Source: Candidatus Puniceispirillaceae bacterium (lineage in GTDB: Bacteria; Pseudomonadota; Alphaproteobacteria; Puniceispirillales; Puniceispirillaceae). Taken from it: DNA of 64,000 nucleotides. A program made the translations under genes and the position numbers. The notes under the pieces are model-generated. The model was not told where the DNA came from. It did not search any database and was given only the letters and a program-made list of their open reading frames with translations. The stretch is from NCBI GenBank assembly GCA_965660165.1, contig CBFHYU010000004.1:16931-80930 (forward strand). The letters run 5' to 3'. Positions 1 through 9,337 of the stretch are shown here, one piece after another. Position 1 is the first letter of the stretch, and every line of letters begins with the position of its first letter.

Positions 1-404
1 CCTGCATATTTACGAACAATTTCTGATGCTGAAATTTCGTCAATCTCAACCCCAAAGGCGCGCGCCATTGCCGCACCTCTGCGTAATTCTTCTAGCCGTG
101 CCTCTGTCAGCGCAACTGTGATAGAGCCATTCTGCTTAAAGCCTGTTGCAACCCCTGTTTTGGCTTCTAGATTGGCATATAATTCTTGCGAATATTTTGC
201 CAGCCGTGTCATGTTTTGGGTGGCACGTAACTGCGCAATCAGGCCAGCTGCATGCCATGTGGTACCACTTGTGAGCTGTTTTCGTTCCAAAAGTACAATA
301 TCTGTCCAGCCAAGCTCAGCAAGGTGATAGGCAACTGAACAGCCAATAACACCGCCGCCAATAATTACAGCTGATGCATGCGAGGGAAGAGAGATGTTAG
401 CCAT
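1..404 (-). CDS. FAD-dependent oxidoreductase of the dimethylglycine/sarcosine dehydrogenase family, N-terminal part only (3' end lies beyond the left edge)
   Basis: Not in the ORF track because there is no stop in the window. My minus-strand translation from ATG at 404-402 reads MANISLPSHASAVIIGGGVIGCSVAYHLAELGWTDIVLLERKQLTSGTTWHAAGLIAQLR. It has a GxGxxG fold and the TWHAAG covalent-flavin His context. It starts 3 nt after the stop of the paralogue at 408-2903. Confidence 0.8.
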   Translation of the reverse strand, partial: MANISLPSHASAVIIGGGVIGCSVAYHLAELGWTDIVLLERKQLTSGTTWHAAGLIAQLRATQNMTRLAKYSQELYANLEAKTGVATGFKQNGSITVALTEARLEELRRGAAMARAFGVEIDEISASEIVRKYA

Positions 405-407
405 CTT

Positions 408-2903
408 TTACGCCTTCAGCAGATGATTGGACGGATCATAACTATCTGCATTATGTTCAGTCCCAGCAATAATGTTTGCCGTGCGGTTTCTGCCTAGAAC
501 ACACACATTATAGGGGGTACCAACCTCACCATCGGCATCTGCATCTAAAACAGCTAGCGCAAGTGATTTTCCAGTACGGTGTCCATAGCCTGCAGAAAGC
601 ACTAGCCCACAATTCTCATCGCCCTGCCTAACAGAGGATAGGTAAATCGCATCGCCGAAGGGAACATTATCATCAGGGTCATCTATGCTCAGGCTCACAA
701 ATTGGCGGCGCGGTTTATCTTTGAGCGCCAAAAGTGCGTCTCTGCCGATAAAATCAGCTTTTGAGAAATGTACCCAACGTGCTAGCCCTGCATCAAACAT
801 TGAGTAATCTGAGGTCAGATCGCCTTTCCAAGACCGATAGCCCTTTTCTAGCCGCATAGAATCAAGCGCCTGCATACCAAATGGTTTCAGATTTACCTGA
901 TTACCAGCAGATAATAAGGTATCAAACACAGTGCGGCTATGTTGATAGGGGATATGAAGCTCCCAGCCAAGCTCGCCTGTAAATGACACCCGAATAGCAT
1001 CAATTATACATCCTGAAATTTCAATTTTTTGGTGGGTGAGCCAGCCAAAATTGTCTGAACTGAAATCAGTATCACAGATAGATGTTAATAATTGCCGTGA
1101 TTTAGGTCCTGTTATAAGTAATGTTGAATAGGCGCGTGTTTGGTCTGTAATTGTGACACTGCCATCATCAGGCAAATGCGCATTTAGAACATCTCTGTCA
1201 TGCCAATATGCCCCTGCACCAGCGATAAGCCAGAAATGGTTTTCATCAAAACGGGTGATTGAGAGTTCTGATAAGATTTTGCCCTTCTCAGACGCAAAAT
1301 AGGCTAGTCCTGTCCTGCCAATCGCAGGCAGCTTGTTGGTCATTAGCCTATCAAGAAAGGCTGCCGCGCCATTGCCTGAAACGTCATATCGTGAGAAGCC
1401 TGGCAAATCCAGCATCCCGACATGCTCGCGCACATGGGCACATTCAGCCCCCACAATATCAAAGAAAGGTGGTCTGTCATAATTTGATATTTGCTCTGAT
1501 GACGGGGTCGGAGGATAGTAGTCAGCGCGTTCCCAGCCGCCATAGCTTGCCATTGCTGCGCCATGTTCAACATGCCAGTCATGCAATGCGCCTATTTTTG
1601 CATCTCTGCCAGCAGGCCACTGCATATGTGGGTAGTGAATGGCATATTCATGAGAATAGACTTCTATTGCTTTGGCGTGGGTATAGACAGAATCGACGTG
1701 ATCTGTAAATCGCCTTGGGTCAACTGCCCAGCTATCAGTCTCAGTCTCGCCTTCCAAAATCCATTCAGACATTAGCTTGCCTGCACCACCTGCTTGAATA
1801 ATGCCAAAGGTAAATACACATGCCTCAAACGCATTTTTCACGCCTGGCATAGGGCCTATCAATGGCAAGCCATCTGGCGTGTAAGGAATAGGTCCATTGA
1901 CAACACGGGTAATGCCTGCTGTGCCTAGCAGGGGAACACGTGCGCATGCATCTTCAATATACCATTCTAGACGTTCCAAATCATCAGGATAAAGCTGGAA
2001 CGAAAAATCTTCAGGCATAGGATCATCTGCGCTCACCCAATGGGCTTTGCAGTTTTTTTCGTAAGGGCCAAGCAACAGACCGTCTTTTTCCTGCCGCAAA
2101 TAATATGAGCTGTCAGGATCACGCAAAAGCGGCAATTTTTTATCCAGCTGTGTCAGCTCATCAATAGATTCAGTGATCAGATATTGGTGAGCTAGCGAGA
2201 TGCATGGCACATCACGGCCAAACATTTTTCCAAGCTCTGCGGCGCGATAGCCTGCGGCATTAACAACATATTGGCATCTAATATCGCCTTTTGGGGTTTT
2301 CAGACACCATTCATCTTTTGCATCATCACGAACCACATCAGTAACAGGGCAGAACCGAATAATTTTTGCGCCTAGAGCGCGCGCTCCTGCAGCAAAAGCC
2401 TGAGATAATTGGGCAGGGTCAATATCCCCATCAGTGCTATCCCATAGCCCGCCCTCTAGCTCATGGGTTTCAAGAAAGGGATATGCCTGTTTCATATCCT
2501 GATGTGACATCATTTCCAACGAAAACCCCATCTGTTTTGCCATTGAGCGAACATGCTCAAACTCTTCCATCCGTTGGCGGGAATGGGCTAGCCTAACAGA
2601 GCCAGTAACATGATAATTCATCGGATAATTGGTTAGATCGCCAAGCTTGCGATATAGCTCGGTGGAATAATGTTGCATCTTCATTACTGTCCATGAGCCT
2701 ACAAAATTCGGACAATTCCCAGCAGCATGCCATGTTGAGCCAGAGGTAAGTTCATTCTTTTCAAGCAATACCACATCTGTCATGCCGTCTTTGGCCAGAT
2801 GCCATGCAATAGAACAGCCAACAGACCCACCGCCAATAATCACGGTTTGGGCATAGCGCGGAATTGCCTCGGAATGCGTTTGGTTTGTATTAGATTGCGT
2901 CAT
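408..2903 (-). CDS. Dimethylglycine/sarcosine dehydrogenase-like flavoprotein (DAO domain plus GcvT-type folate-binding aminomethyltransferase domain)
   Basis: 831-aa ORF. N-terminus has VIIGGGSVGCSIAWHL (GxGxxG) and STWHAAG. Length and C-terminal half (FTGELGWELH, GLEAMDSLRLEKGY-like MQALDSMRLEKGY) are typical of the DMGDH/SarDH family. Confidence 0.85.
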   Translation of the reverse strand: MTQSNTNQTHSEAIPRYAQTVIIGGGSVGCSIAWHLAKDGMTDVVLLEKNELTSGSTWHAAGNCPNFVGSWTVMKMQHYSTELYRKLGDLTNYPMNYHVTGSVRLAHSRQRMEEFEHVRSMAKQMGFSLEMMSHQDMKQAYPFLETHELEGGLWDSTDGDIDPAQLSQAFAAGARALGAKIIRFCPVTDVVRDDAKDEWCLKTPKGDIRCQYVVNAAGYRAAELGKMFGRDVPCISLAHQYLITESIDELTQLDKKLPLLRDPDSSYYLRQEKDGLLLGPYEKNCKAHWVSADDPMPEDFSFQLYPDDLERLEWYIEDACARVPLLGTAGITRVVNGPIPYTPDGLPLIGPMPGVKNAFEACVFTFGIIQAGGAGKLMSEWILEGETETDSWAVDPRRFTDHVDSVYTHAKAIEVYSHEYAIHYPHMQWPAGRDAKIGALHDWHVEHGAAMASYGGWERADYYPPTPSSEQISNYDRPPFFDIVGAECAHVREHVGMLDLPGFSRYDVSGNGAAAFLDRLMTNKLPAIGRTGLAYFASEKGKILSELSITRFDENHFWLIAGAGAYWHDRDVLNAHLPDDGSVTITDQTRAYSTLLITGPKSRQLLTSICDTDFSSDNFGWLTHQKIEISGCIIDAIRVSFTGELGWELHIPYQHSRTVFDTLLSAGNQVNLKPFGMQALDSMRLEKGYRSWKGDLTSDYSMFDAGLARWVHFSKADFIGRDALLALKDKPRRQFVSLSIDDPDDNVPFGDAIYLSSVRQGDENCGLVLSAGYGHRTGKSLALAVLDADADGEVGTPYNVCVLGRNRTANIIAGTEHNADSYDPSNHLLKA

Positions 2904-3143
2904 TTCCTGTATTTCCTTGCTATGATGCGAATATGTTTTTTGATTAGCTATAGTCCTGTCTATCAGATAGCATTTATTGAAACATCAAGTTTGGATATAG
3001 AAGTTTTTTGAAACCGTCATATTTTTCGCAGATTAGAAACTTATTTACTTGGTTTTGGCATGATATGGTCTGTAACGCTTGCAATAAACAGGGTAAGTGA
3101 CTAATCATGCCAAGAGGTTTTTTCCAAAAATGCAGAGGCATAA

Positions 3144-4427
3144 ATGGTTCAGATGAATATCGGAATTGCAGGGTTAGGTGTTGTGGGGGCAAAAACAGCC
3201 CAGCTATTATTATCTCCGCTTCATCGCCCGCATGCGGCAGAGTTAACGCTCAAAGCGGTATCAGCAAGAGATAACAATATTGATAGAGGATTTTCGCTAG
3301 ATGGCATTGAGTGGCATCATAATGCGCTTGAGCTTGCCAGCCGTGATGATATTGATATTATTGTTGAATTGATCGGTGGGGCAGATGGCATAGCATATGA
3401 TCTGGTAAGTGCTGCATTGAATTCAGGCAAGCATGTTGTTACTGCCAATAAGGCGCTTATTGCCCATCATGGCTTTGAGCTTGCCAGACTTGCTGAGACA
3501 CATAATGTAAGTCTGTTATTTGAAGCAGGGGTGGCTGGCGGTATTCCTGCGCTGAAAATTATCAGGGAAGGGCTAGCCGCAAACAGATTTTCACGGATTA
3601 CCGGTATTCTAAACGGAACTAGCAATTTTATTCTGTCAGAAATGACAGCTACAGGCAGAACCTTTGACGATGTTCTGGCAGAAGCTCAGGCAAAAGGCTT
3701 TGCAGAGGCTGATCCTAGCTTTGATATTGATGGTATTGATGCAGCGCATAAGCTTGCTATTTTGGCCGCGCTTGGCTTTGGCGAGAAAATCAGCTTTGAC
3801 TCAGTTCAATGCAAAGGGATCAGGGCGATAGATAAGGCGGATATCAGTTTTGCAGGTGAATTTGACTATATCATAAAATTACTAGGGATTGCCGAGCGTG
3901 ATGGGGTACGGTCTGTCCAGCCATGTCTGATAGCCAATAGCCAGTCCATTGCACATATTAACGGGGCAATGAATGCTGTCTGCGTAGAAGCAGAGCCTGT
4001 AAATATCATCAATTGTTCAGGGCCAGGCGCAGGGGCAGGGCCAACCGCCTCTGCTGTGTTATCTGATATAAATGATATAGCACATGGTCGAAATGCGCCT
4101 GCTTTTGGTATGCCAACAAATATGCTGGCAGATGCCCCTAAATTTGTAGCCTCAGAGCAACAATCCAAATTCTATATCAGAATGATGGTGTCTGATAAAG
4201 CAGGGGTATTATCTGATATTACTGCGATTTTGCGTGATTTGGGTATTTCAGTTCAGTCAATGGTGCAACGGGGGCAATCTAAAGCTGATGCTGTGATGCT
4301 GGTTATGACCACCCATCTGACATCTGTTGATGCGATTGAAAAGATGCAGGCCAAGCTGGCAACAGCAGATTTTGTCACTGGTGAGATAATGGTGTTATGT
4401 ATTATTGATGCAAATGAGTTGACATAA
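3144..4427 (+). CDS. hom: Homoserine dehydrogenase
   Basis: 427 aa. NAD-binding IGIAGLGVVGAKT, catalytic-domain motifs (GILNGTSNFIL, EADPSFDIDGIDAAHKL) and a C-terminal ACT-like segment. SD GCAGAGG upstream. An alternative ATG lies at 3153. Confidence 0.93.
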   Translation: MVQMNIGIAGLGVVGAKTAQLLLSPLHRPHAAELTLKAVSARDNNIDRGFSLDGIEWHHNALELASRDDIDIIVELIGGADGIAYDLVSAALNSGKHVVTANKALIAHHGFELARLAETHNVSLLFEAGVAGGIPALKIIREGLAANRFSRITGILNGTSNFILSEMTATGRTFDDVLAEAQAKGFAEADPSFDIDGIDAAHKLAILAALGFGEKISFDSVQCKGIRAIDKADISFAGEFDYIIKLLGIAERDGVRSVQPCLIANSQSIAHINGAMNAVCVEAEPVNIINCSGPGAGAGPTASAVLSDINDIAHGRNAPAFGMPTNMLADAPKFVASEQQSKFYIRMMVSDKAGVLSDITAILRDLGISVQSMVQRGQSKADAVMLVMTTHLTSVDAIEKMQAKLATADFVTGEIMVLCIIDANELT

Positions 4428-4428
4428 A

Positions 4429-6237
4429 ATGGCTGAGGCGGTTGTCGAGCAGTCTTTATCTTCTGCACGCTGGGTTGTGCAGGATAGTCTGCTCACGCCA
4501 GAAGAAACAGAACGGATTGCCACTGGCATCTCGCAATATTCGGCCATACCGCTAAGCCTGTCTCGGTTTCTTGCACGGCATGGCATTACCTCTCAAACAC
4601 TAGATAGTTTTCTTGAACCGCGCTTACGCGATGTGTTGCCTGATCCCTTTGTCCTTAAAGATGCTGAAACAGCCATTCAGCTTATTTGTGATCATATTCA
4701 GGCTGGTGAGCCAGTAGGGCTGTTTGGCGATTATGATGTTGATGGTGCATGTTCTGCAGCCTTGTTTAGCCTTATTCTTGGACAGTATGGCTGTCCCGTC
4801 TATTGCCATATTCCAGACAGGTTTTCAGAAGGGTATGGACCAAATCAACCTGCGATAACCAACTTGTCTGAACAGGGCGCTAGCCTGATTATCACGGTTG
4901 ATTGCGGCATCACTGCCCACGCCCCCTTGCAGGCTGCATCAGATGCAGGACTTCCTGTAATTGTGGTTGACCATCATAAGGCAGGAGCAACCCTACCTAA
5001 GGCAAAAGCTGTTGTAAATCCAAACAGGCTGGATGATGATAGCGGGCTGGGCTATCTATGTGCAGCAGGGGTGAGCTTTCTGCTACTTGCTGGAGTGGTT
5101 CGCGAATGCCGCAATAGAGGTTTAGTATCAACATCAGGAACGCAAGTTAATATACTGAATTATCTTGATTTAGTGGCGTTAGCAACAATTTGTGATGTGA
5201 TGCCGTTGCGTCTCGTTAATCGCGCCTTTGTACGGCAAGGGCTTAAGGTGATGGCTCAGCGCAGAAATATCGGCATTAAAACATTGATGGATGTAGCGCG
5301 GGTAGATCACATGCCGTCTGTCTATACGCTTGGCTTTATGCTTGGGCCACGTATCAATGCAGGTGGACGTTTGGGGCATTCTTCTATTGGCGTGCAATTA
5401 TTATGTGCGGCTGATGCTGATATTGCGGCTACGCTTGCATGGCGGCTAGATGAGTTGAATAGCGAGCGCAAAGCAATTGAAGCTGATATTCGCCAACGTG
5501 CCGAAGAACAGGCTTATGCGCAAATAGCCGCAAACCCTAACAGAGCAGTGTTGATGCTATCAGGTGAGGGCTGGAATGAAGGCGTGATCGGCATTGTTGC
5601 AGGGCGCCTAAAAGACAAATTCAATAAAATCTGTGTTGTTGTTAGTTTTGATGATGCGGGCATTGGCAAGGGCTCTGGCAGGTCTATTTCAGGGTTTTCG
5701 CTAGGTAATGCTGTGCTTGCTGGCTGTCAGAATGCGTTACTTATTTCAGGCGGCGGGCATGATATGGCCGCAGGGTTAAGTGTTGAAAAAACTAAACTTG
5801 ATGCATTTGCAACATTTCTGGAACAACTTTCAAGTAAACAGTTCAAAGAACAGGGTGTACCAAATAAGGAATATAGTATCGAGGCGGATATCACTATTGG
5901 GGGATGCAATATAGGGCTTGTGGGCTGGCTTGATAGGATTGGGCCATTCGGGGTCAGCTTTGCAGAGCCACGTTTCCGAATTACCCATTGCAGATTAAAA
6001 AATCTACGCTGGATAGGGGCTGAAAAACAGCATCTATCTGTTAGTCTTGATGATAGCACTGCACCAGCCATGCGAGCCGTAATGTTTAATTGTGCTGATA
6101 GTGAAGTGGGACGCGCAATTAAGCAAAGCGCAGATGGCACATTTCAAATTCTTGGCAGAGTACAAAGAGATAGTTATCGCGGCGGGGATGCGGTTCAGTT
6201 CATGATTGAAGATATTGCCCTTCAGCAAGCCATTTAA
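4429..6237 (+). CDS. recJ: Single-stranded-DNA-specific exonuclease RecJ
   Basis: 602 aa. DHH motifs (GDYDVDGACS, VDCGI, DHH in VVDHHK) and DHHA1 (GGGHDMAAG). Starts 1 nt after the hom stop. Confidence 0.93.
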   Translation: MAEAVVEQSLSSARWVVQDSLLTPEETERIATGISQYSAIPLSLSRFLARHGITSQTLDSFLEPRLRDVLPDPFVLKDAETAIQLICDHIQAGEPVGLFGDYDVDGACSAALFSLILGQYGCPVYCHIPDRFSEGYGPNQPAITNLSEQGASLIITVDCGITAHAPLQAASDAGLPVIVVDHHKAGATLPKAKAVVNPNRLDDDSGLGYLCAAGVSFLLLAGVVRECRNRGLVSTSGTQVNILNYLDLVALATICDVMPLRLVNRAFVRQGLKVMAQRRNIGIKTLMDVARVDHMPSVYTLGFMLGPRINAGGRLGHSSIGVQLLCAADADIAATLAWRLDELNSERKAIEADIRQRAEEQAYAQIAANPNRAVLMLSGEGWNEGVIGIVAGRLKDKFNKICVVVSFDDAGIGKGSGRSISGFSLGNAVLAGCQNALLISGGGHDMAAGLSVEKTKLDAFATFLEQLSSKQFKEQGVPNKEYSIEADITIGGCNIGLVGWLDRIGPFGVSFAEPRFRITHCRLKNLRWIGAEKQHLSVSLDDSTAPAMRAVMFNCADSEVGRAIKQSADGTFQILGRVQRDSYRGGDAVQFMIEDIALQQAI

Positions 6238-6335
6238 GATGGCCAGAGTGATAAAACCCTAAAAAAATGATGAAATATGGTTTTCATTCTTGATTTACCT
6301 CAGTGATTTATGTATCACATGCGCATACCACTTGC

Positions 6336-6411
6336 GTCCCGTTCGTCTAGTGGTTTAGGACACCGCCCTTTCACGGCGGCAACACGGGTTCGAATCCCGT
6401 ACGGGATGCCA
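6336..6411 (+). tRNA. tRNA-Glu (anticodon UUC)
   Basis: GTCCCGTTCGTCTAGTGGTTTAGGACACCGCCCTTTCACGGCGGCAACACGGGTTCGAATCCCGTACGGGATGCCA. Folds as a cloverleaf with acceptor GTCCCGT/ACGGGAT, anticodon loop CTTTCAC, T-loop TTCGAAT and an encoded CCA. Nearly the canonical bacterial tRNA-Glu sequence. Confidence 0.9.
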
Positions 6412-6536
6412 TTATTTGTTTTCATTACATCGCATTTTGAAATGGTTTTGGCCGCCAGTACTGCTCAGATAGGGTAGGGGTGGCTGGATGTGCTATTTCA
6501 GGTTAGCCACGTGAATTTAGCTAGTCTCGGTTACGA

Positions 6537-6564
6537 TTGTGCTATAATCTAGGGCTTGTATAAT
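6537..6564 (+). promoter_or_regulatory. Possible sigma-70-type promoter (TTGTGC-N16-TATAAT) for the SBP-fold gene
   Basis: TTGTGC at 6537-6542 and TATAAT at 6559-6564 with a 16-nt spacer, about 25 nt upstream of the ATG at 6589. Found by eye only. Confidence 0.3.
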
Positions 6565-6588
6565 CGGTATCATAGAGAAGTAGGTTTA

Positions 6589-7317
6589 ATGGATATTAAC
6601 GATATTCGTTCTGTGCTTGCGCCAACTGGCAAGTTGCGTGCAGGTATCAATATGAGCAATTTTCTGCTTGTTTCAACAACAGATTCAGATGGCAAGCCAG
6701 ATGGGCTATCGCCGTCACTTGCCCGTGCTTTGGGCAAGGCGCTTAATGTTGAGGTTGAACTGGTATTGTTTGAGGGGCCTGGACTTCTGGCTGATGCGGT
6801 TGATGATGATCAATGGGATATAGCAAATATTGCCTTTGAGCCTGAGCGTGGCGCACTTATTTCCTTCTCACAACCCTATATTTTGATAGATGCGAATTTT
6901 CAGATACGGGCAGGTTCAAATTTGCGTGAAAACCATCAGATGAACAGCCCTGATGTTACTATTATCTTATATGACAGAAGCGCATATGATTTATGGCTTA
7001 AGGAAAACTATACCAACGCAACCTATTTGCGGGTTGGGTCTATCCAAGAATCACATGATAGGTTTTATGCTGGCGAAGGTGATGTACTTGCCTCTCTAAA
7101 GCCAAAGCTTATTTCTGACAATGCAGAGGGTTATCAGATTATTAAAACGCCATTTACAGCCATTAAGCAATCGGTTGGGATACCTAAAAGCCGCCAACAG
7201 GCTCTGCCATTTGTAAATAGATTTGTTGAAGATATGCTGGTATCTGGTGAAATAAAGGCATTGCTTGATAAATTCGGTGTTGCTGATAGGCTGTCATTAC
7301 CAACAGTATCTTCTTAA
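6589..7317 (+). CDS. Solute-binding-protein-fold protein (SBP_bac_3 / polar amino-acid-binding type) without a signal peptide
   Basis: The ORF track starts at a TTG at 6556. I prefer the ATG at 6589 (MDINDIRSVLAPTGKLRAGIN). Type-II SBP-like segments are present (GLSPSLARALGKALNVEVELV, WDIANIAFEPER, FSQPYI). No hydrophobic leader is possible because a stop lies just upstream of 6556. Confidence 0.6.
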   Translation: MDINDIRSVLAPTGKLRAGINMSNFLLVSTTDSDGKPDGLSPSLARALGKALNVEVELVLFEGPGLLADAVDDDQWDIANIAFEPERGALISFSQPYILIDANFQIRAGSNLRENHQMNSPDVTIILYDRSAYDLWLKENYTNATYLRVGSIQESHDRFYAGEGDVLASLKPKLISDNAEGYQIIKTPFTAIKQSVGIPKSRQQALPFVNRFVEDMLVSGEIKALLDKFGVADRLSLPTVSS

Positions 7318-7477
7318 TATTTGCATTTTTTTGCATTATTTACCGAATTTTTCAGAAATTTTGTTAGATTGCTTGCAAGCCGTCATTATTTCTGTAACAT
7401 TTCTGGCAGTGAGGGTTCAGTAGCTGGGTAATATCAAATGCTGTATCTTTGGCATCCAGAATAGTGAGGAGATTACT

Positions 7478-8458
7478 ATGAAAAAAATGATTAAAGGTGC
7501 TGTAGCCGCTGCGGTTGGTCTGCAGTGCGTTGCTATGGCTTCAGCAGTTCAGGCAGCTGACAGTGTTAACGTGGCATTCTTTCTTGAATGGGCAACCCCA
7601 AACCAAATAGCTAAGGTAGAAAAAGCCTATGATGAAGCTATGGGCGTTGATGTAAATTGGACAGATTTTTCAACAGGCGTTGCCATGACAGAAGCGATGC
7701 TGGCAGGCGATATTGATATTGCATATTCTCAGGGTCTAGCGCCATTTGTAACAGCTATTCAGCAAGGCGCACCGCTTAAGATGGTGGGTATCGCAGTTGT
7801 ATATGAAGCAAATGACTGTTTCGTGAAAAGTGATTTAGGCATTAGCTCAGCAAATGCATCTGAACTTGAAGGCAAAACTGTTGCTGTTCCTTTGAACACA
7901 ATGGCTGACTTCTCATTCCGCAAGCAGATGGCTGCGCTTAATGTTGATATCTCAACCATGACAATTGTTGACCAGGCGCCACCTGATGGCGCGGTATCAC
8001 TTGCTGATGGGTCTGTTGACATGGCATGTATCTTTGGTGGTGCGTCTGCAAAGGCAGCTGGTGAAGTAGGTACACCTATCATGTCATCTCAGGAAAAGTC
8101 TGATGCTGGTATCGGCTCTTTTGACGTTGTGTCTGTGACAGAAAAATTTGCTACAGAAAATCCTGACCTAGTGCGTTCTTTCCTTGAAGTTACCGAAGAA
8201 GCGAATGCTGCGTGGGAAGCAACACCTGAACAAATCCGCACAGTTGCATCTGATGCAGGTATGGATTTCACAACAACACAAGACCAAATGTCAGGCTTTG
8301 TGTTCCCGTCAGTTGAAGAACAGCTTTCAAAGTTCTTTGGTAATAACGGAGAAGCCGCAGCGGCTGCTGAATCTTTAGGTGCGGTATTTGTGAAGACAAA
8401 TATTTCAAACTATAAAGGGTCTGTAAGCAAAGCTATTGACGGCTCGTTCTTGCAATAG
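7478..8458 (+). CDS. Periplasmic substrate-binding protein of a TauA/SsuA (NMT1) type sulfonate/taurine ABC transporter
   Basis: Signal peptide MKKMIKGAVAAAVGLQCVAMASAVQA. Body is collinear with my recollection of E. coli TauA (VNVAFF..W, DIDIAYSQGLAPF, GKTVAVP, FDVVSVTEKFATENPDLV). SD GAGGAG sits 7 nt upstream. Confidence 0.75.
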   Translation: MKKMIKGAVAAAVGLQCVAMASAVQAADSVNVAFFLEWATPNQIAKVEKAYDEAMGVDVNWTDFSTGVAMTEAMLAGDIDIAYSQGLAPFVTAIQQGAPLKMVGIAVVYEANDCFVKSDLGISSANASELEGKTVAVPLNTMADFSFRKQMAALNVDISTMTIVDQAPPDGAVSLADGSVDMACIFGGASAKAAGEVGTPIMSSQEKSDAGIGSFDVVSVTEKFATENPDLVRSFLEVTEEANAAWEATPEQIRTVASDAGMDFTTTQDQMSGFVFPSVEEQLSKFFGNNGEAAAAAESLGAVFVKTNISNYKGSVSKAIDGSFLQ

Positions 8459-8479
8459 TCTTGAATAACAAAATACATG

Positions 8480-8510
8480 AACAAGGCCCTTTTGGGCCTT
8501 GTTTTTTCTT
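8480..8510 (+). terminator. Intra-operon rho-independent-type hairpin between the SBP and ATPase genes
   Basis: AACAAGGCCC-TTTT-GGGCCTTGTT followed by TTTTTC. A 10-bp perfect stem lying 22 nt after the SBP stop and before the preferred ATPase start. Confidence 0.55.
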
Positions 8511-8539
8511 ATTTTTATAATAATGATGTTTGTGGTGTC

Positions 8540-9337
8540 ATGGCTGAATTAACCTGCAAAAATCTATCTATGAGCTTTAACAACCCGCAAACAGGGGCTG
8601 TGGTAGAAGCGCTGAAAGATATAAATTTTACCTTAAAACAAGGTGAATTATTATCTGTTTTGGGGCCATCTGGGTGTGGTAAAACAACATTACTTAATAT
8701 GATAGCAGGGTTTTTGAAGCCAACAGGCGGACAGCTTGATTTAGGCGGCAATATTATTGATAGTCCAGGGCCTGAGCGAGGGATGGTATTCCAGCAAGGT
8801 GCGCTATTTGAATGGCTTTCAGTCGCTGATAATGTCAATTTTGGGTTGCGGATGCAAAAGCATGATGTTGAGCGTACGCAAGCCGAGGTTGATAAATGGT
8901 TAAATATTGTGGGGCTAAACGGTTTTGCTGAAACGCCTACCTATCAGCTTTCAGGTGGTATGCAACAGCGTGTTGCGCTTGCTAGATGCCTTGTGAATAA
9001 TCCTGATCTAATTTTGATGGACGAGCCGCTTGGCGCGCTTGATGCGCTTACACGCGAGAAAATGCAGTCACTTATCCTAGAATTATGGAAAGAAACTGGC
9101 AAAACCATCATCATCATCACCCATTCTGTTGAAGAGGCGTTGTTGCTAGGCGAGCGGCTGTTTGTAATGGCGCCACGTCCTGGAAGAATACATCGGGAAT
9201 ATGAGCTTCCTTTCGCTGAGCAGGGGTTAACAAGAAGTTTAAGAGATATTAAACAACAACAAGATTTTGGCACGATCAGAGAAGAAATTCTAAGCATGAT
9301 CTGGGATATGGAAGAGGAGATCATGGGCAATGGTTAA
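8540..9337 (+). CDS. ABC transporter ATP-binding protein (TauB/SsuB type)
   Basis: Walker A GPSGCGKTT, signature LSGGMQQR, Walker B LILMDEP, H-loop ITHS. The start was moved from 8477 to the ATG at 8540, because the first 21 track codons cover the hairpin/terminator. Confidence 0.88.
   Translation: MAELTCKNLSMSFNNPQTGAVVEALKDINFTLKQGELLSVLGPSGCGKTTLLNMIAGFLKPTGGQLDLGGNIIDSPGPERGMVFQQGALFEWLSVADNVNFGLRMQKHDVERTQAEVDKWLNIVGLNGFAETPTYQLSGGMQQRVALARCLVNNPDLILMDEPLGALDALTREKMQSLILELWKETGKTIIIITHSVEEALLLGERLFVMAPRPGRIHREYELPFAEQGLTRSLRDIKQQQDFGTIREEILSMIWDMEEEIMGNG

Noticed and set aside
3057-3111. 8-bp inverted repeat GGCATGAT...ATCATGCC followed by GGTTTTTTCC upstream of hom, considered as a threonine/methionine-type attenuator.
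   Set aside because: The loop is 39 nt and the U-run is separated from the stem by 6 nt. I found no leader peptide rich in regulatory codons. The evidence is too weak to call.
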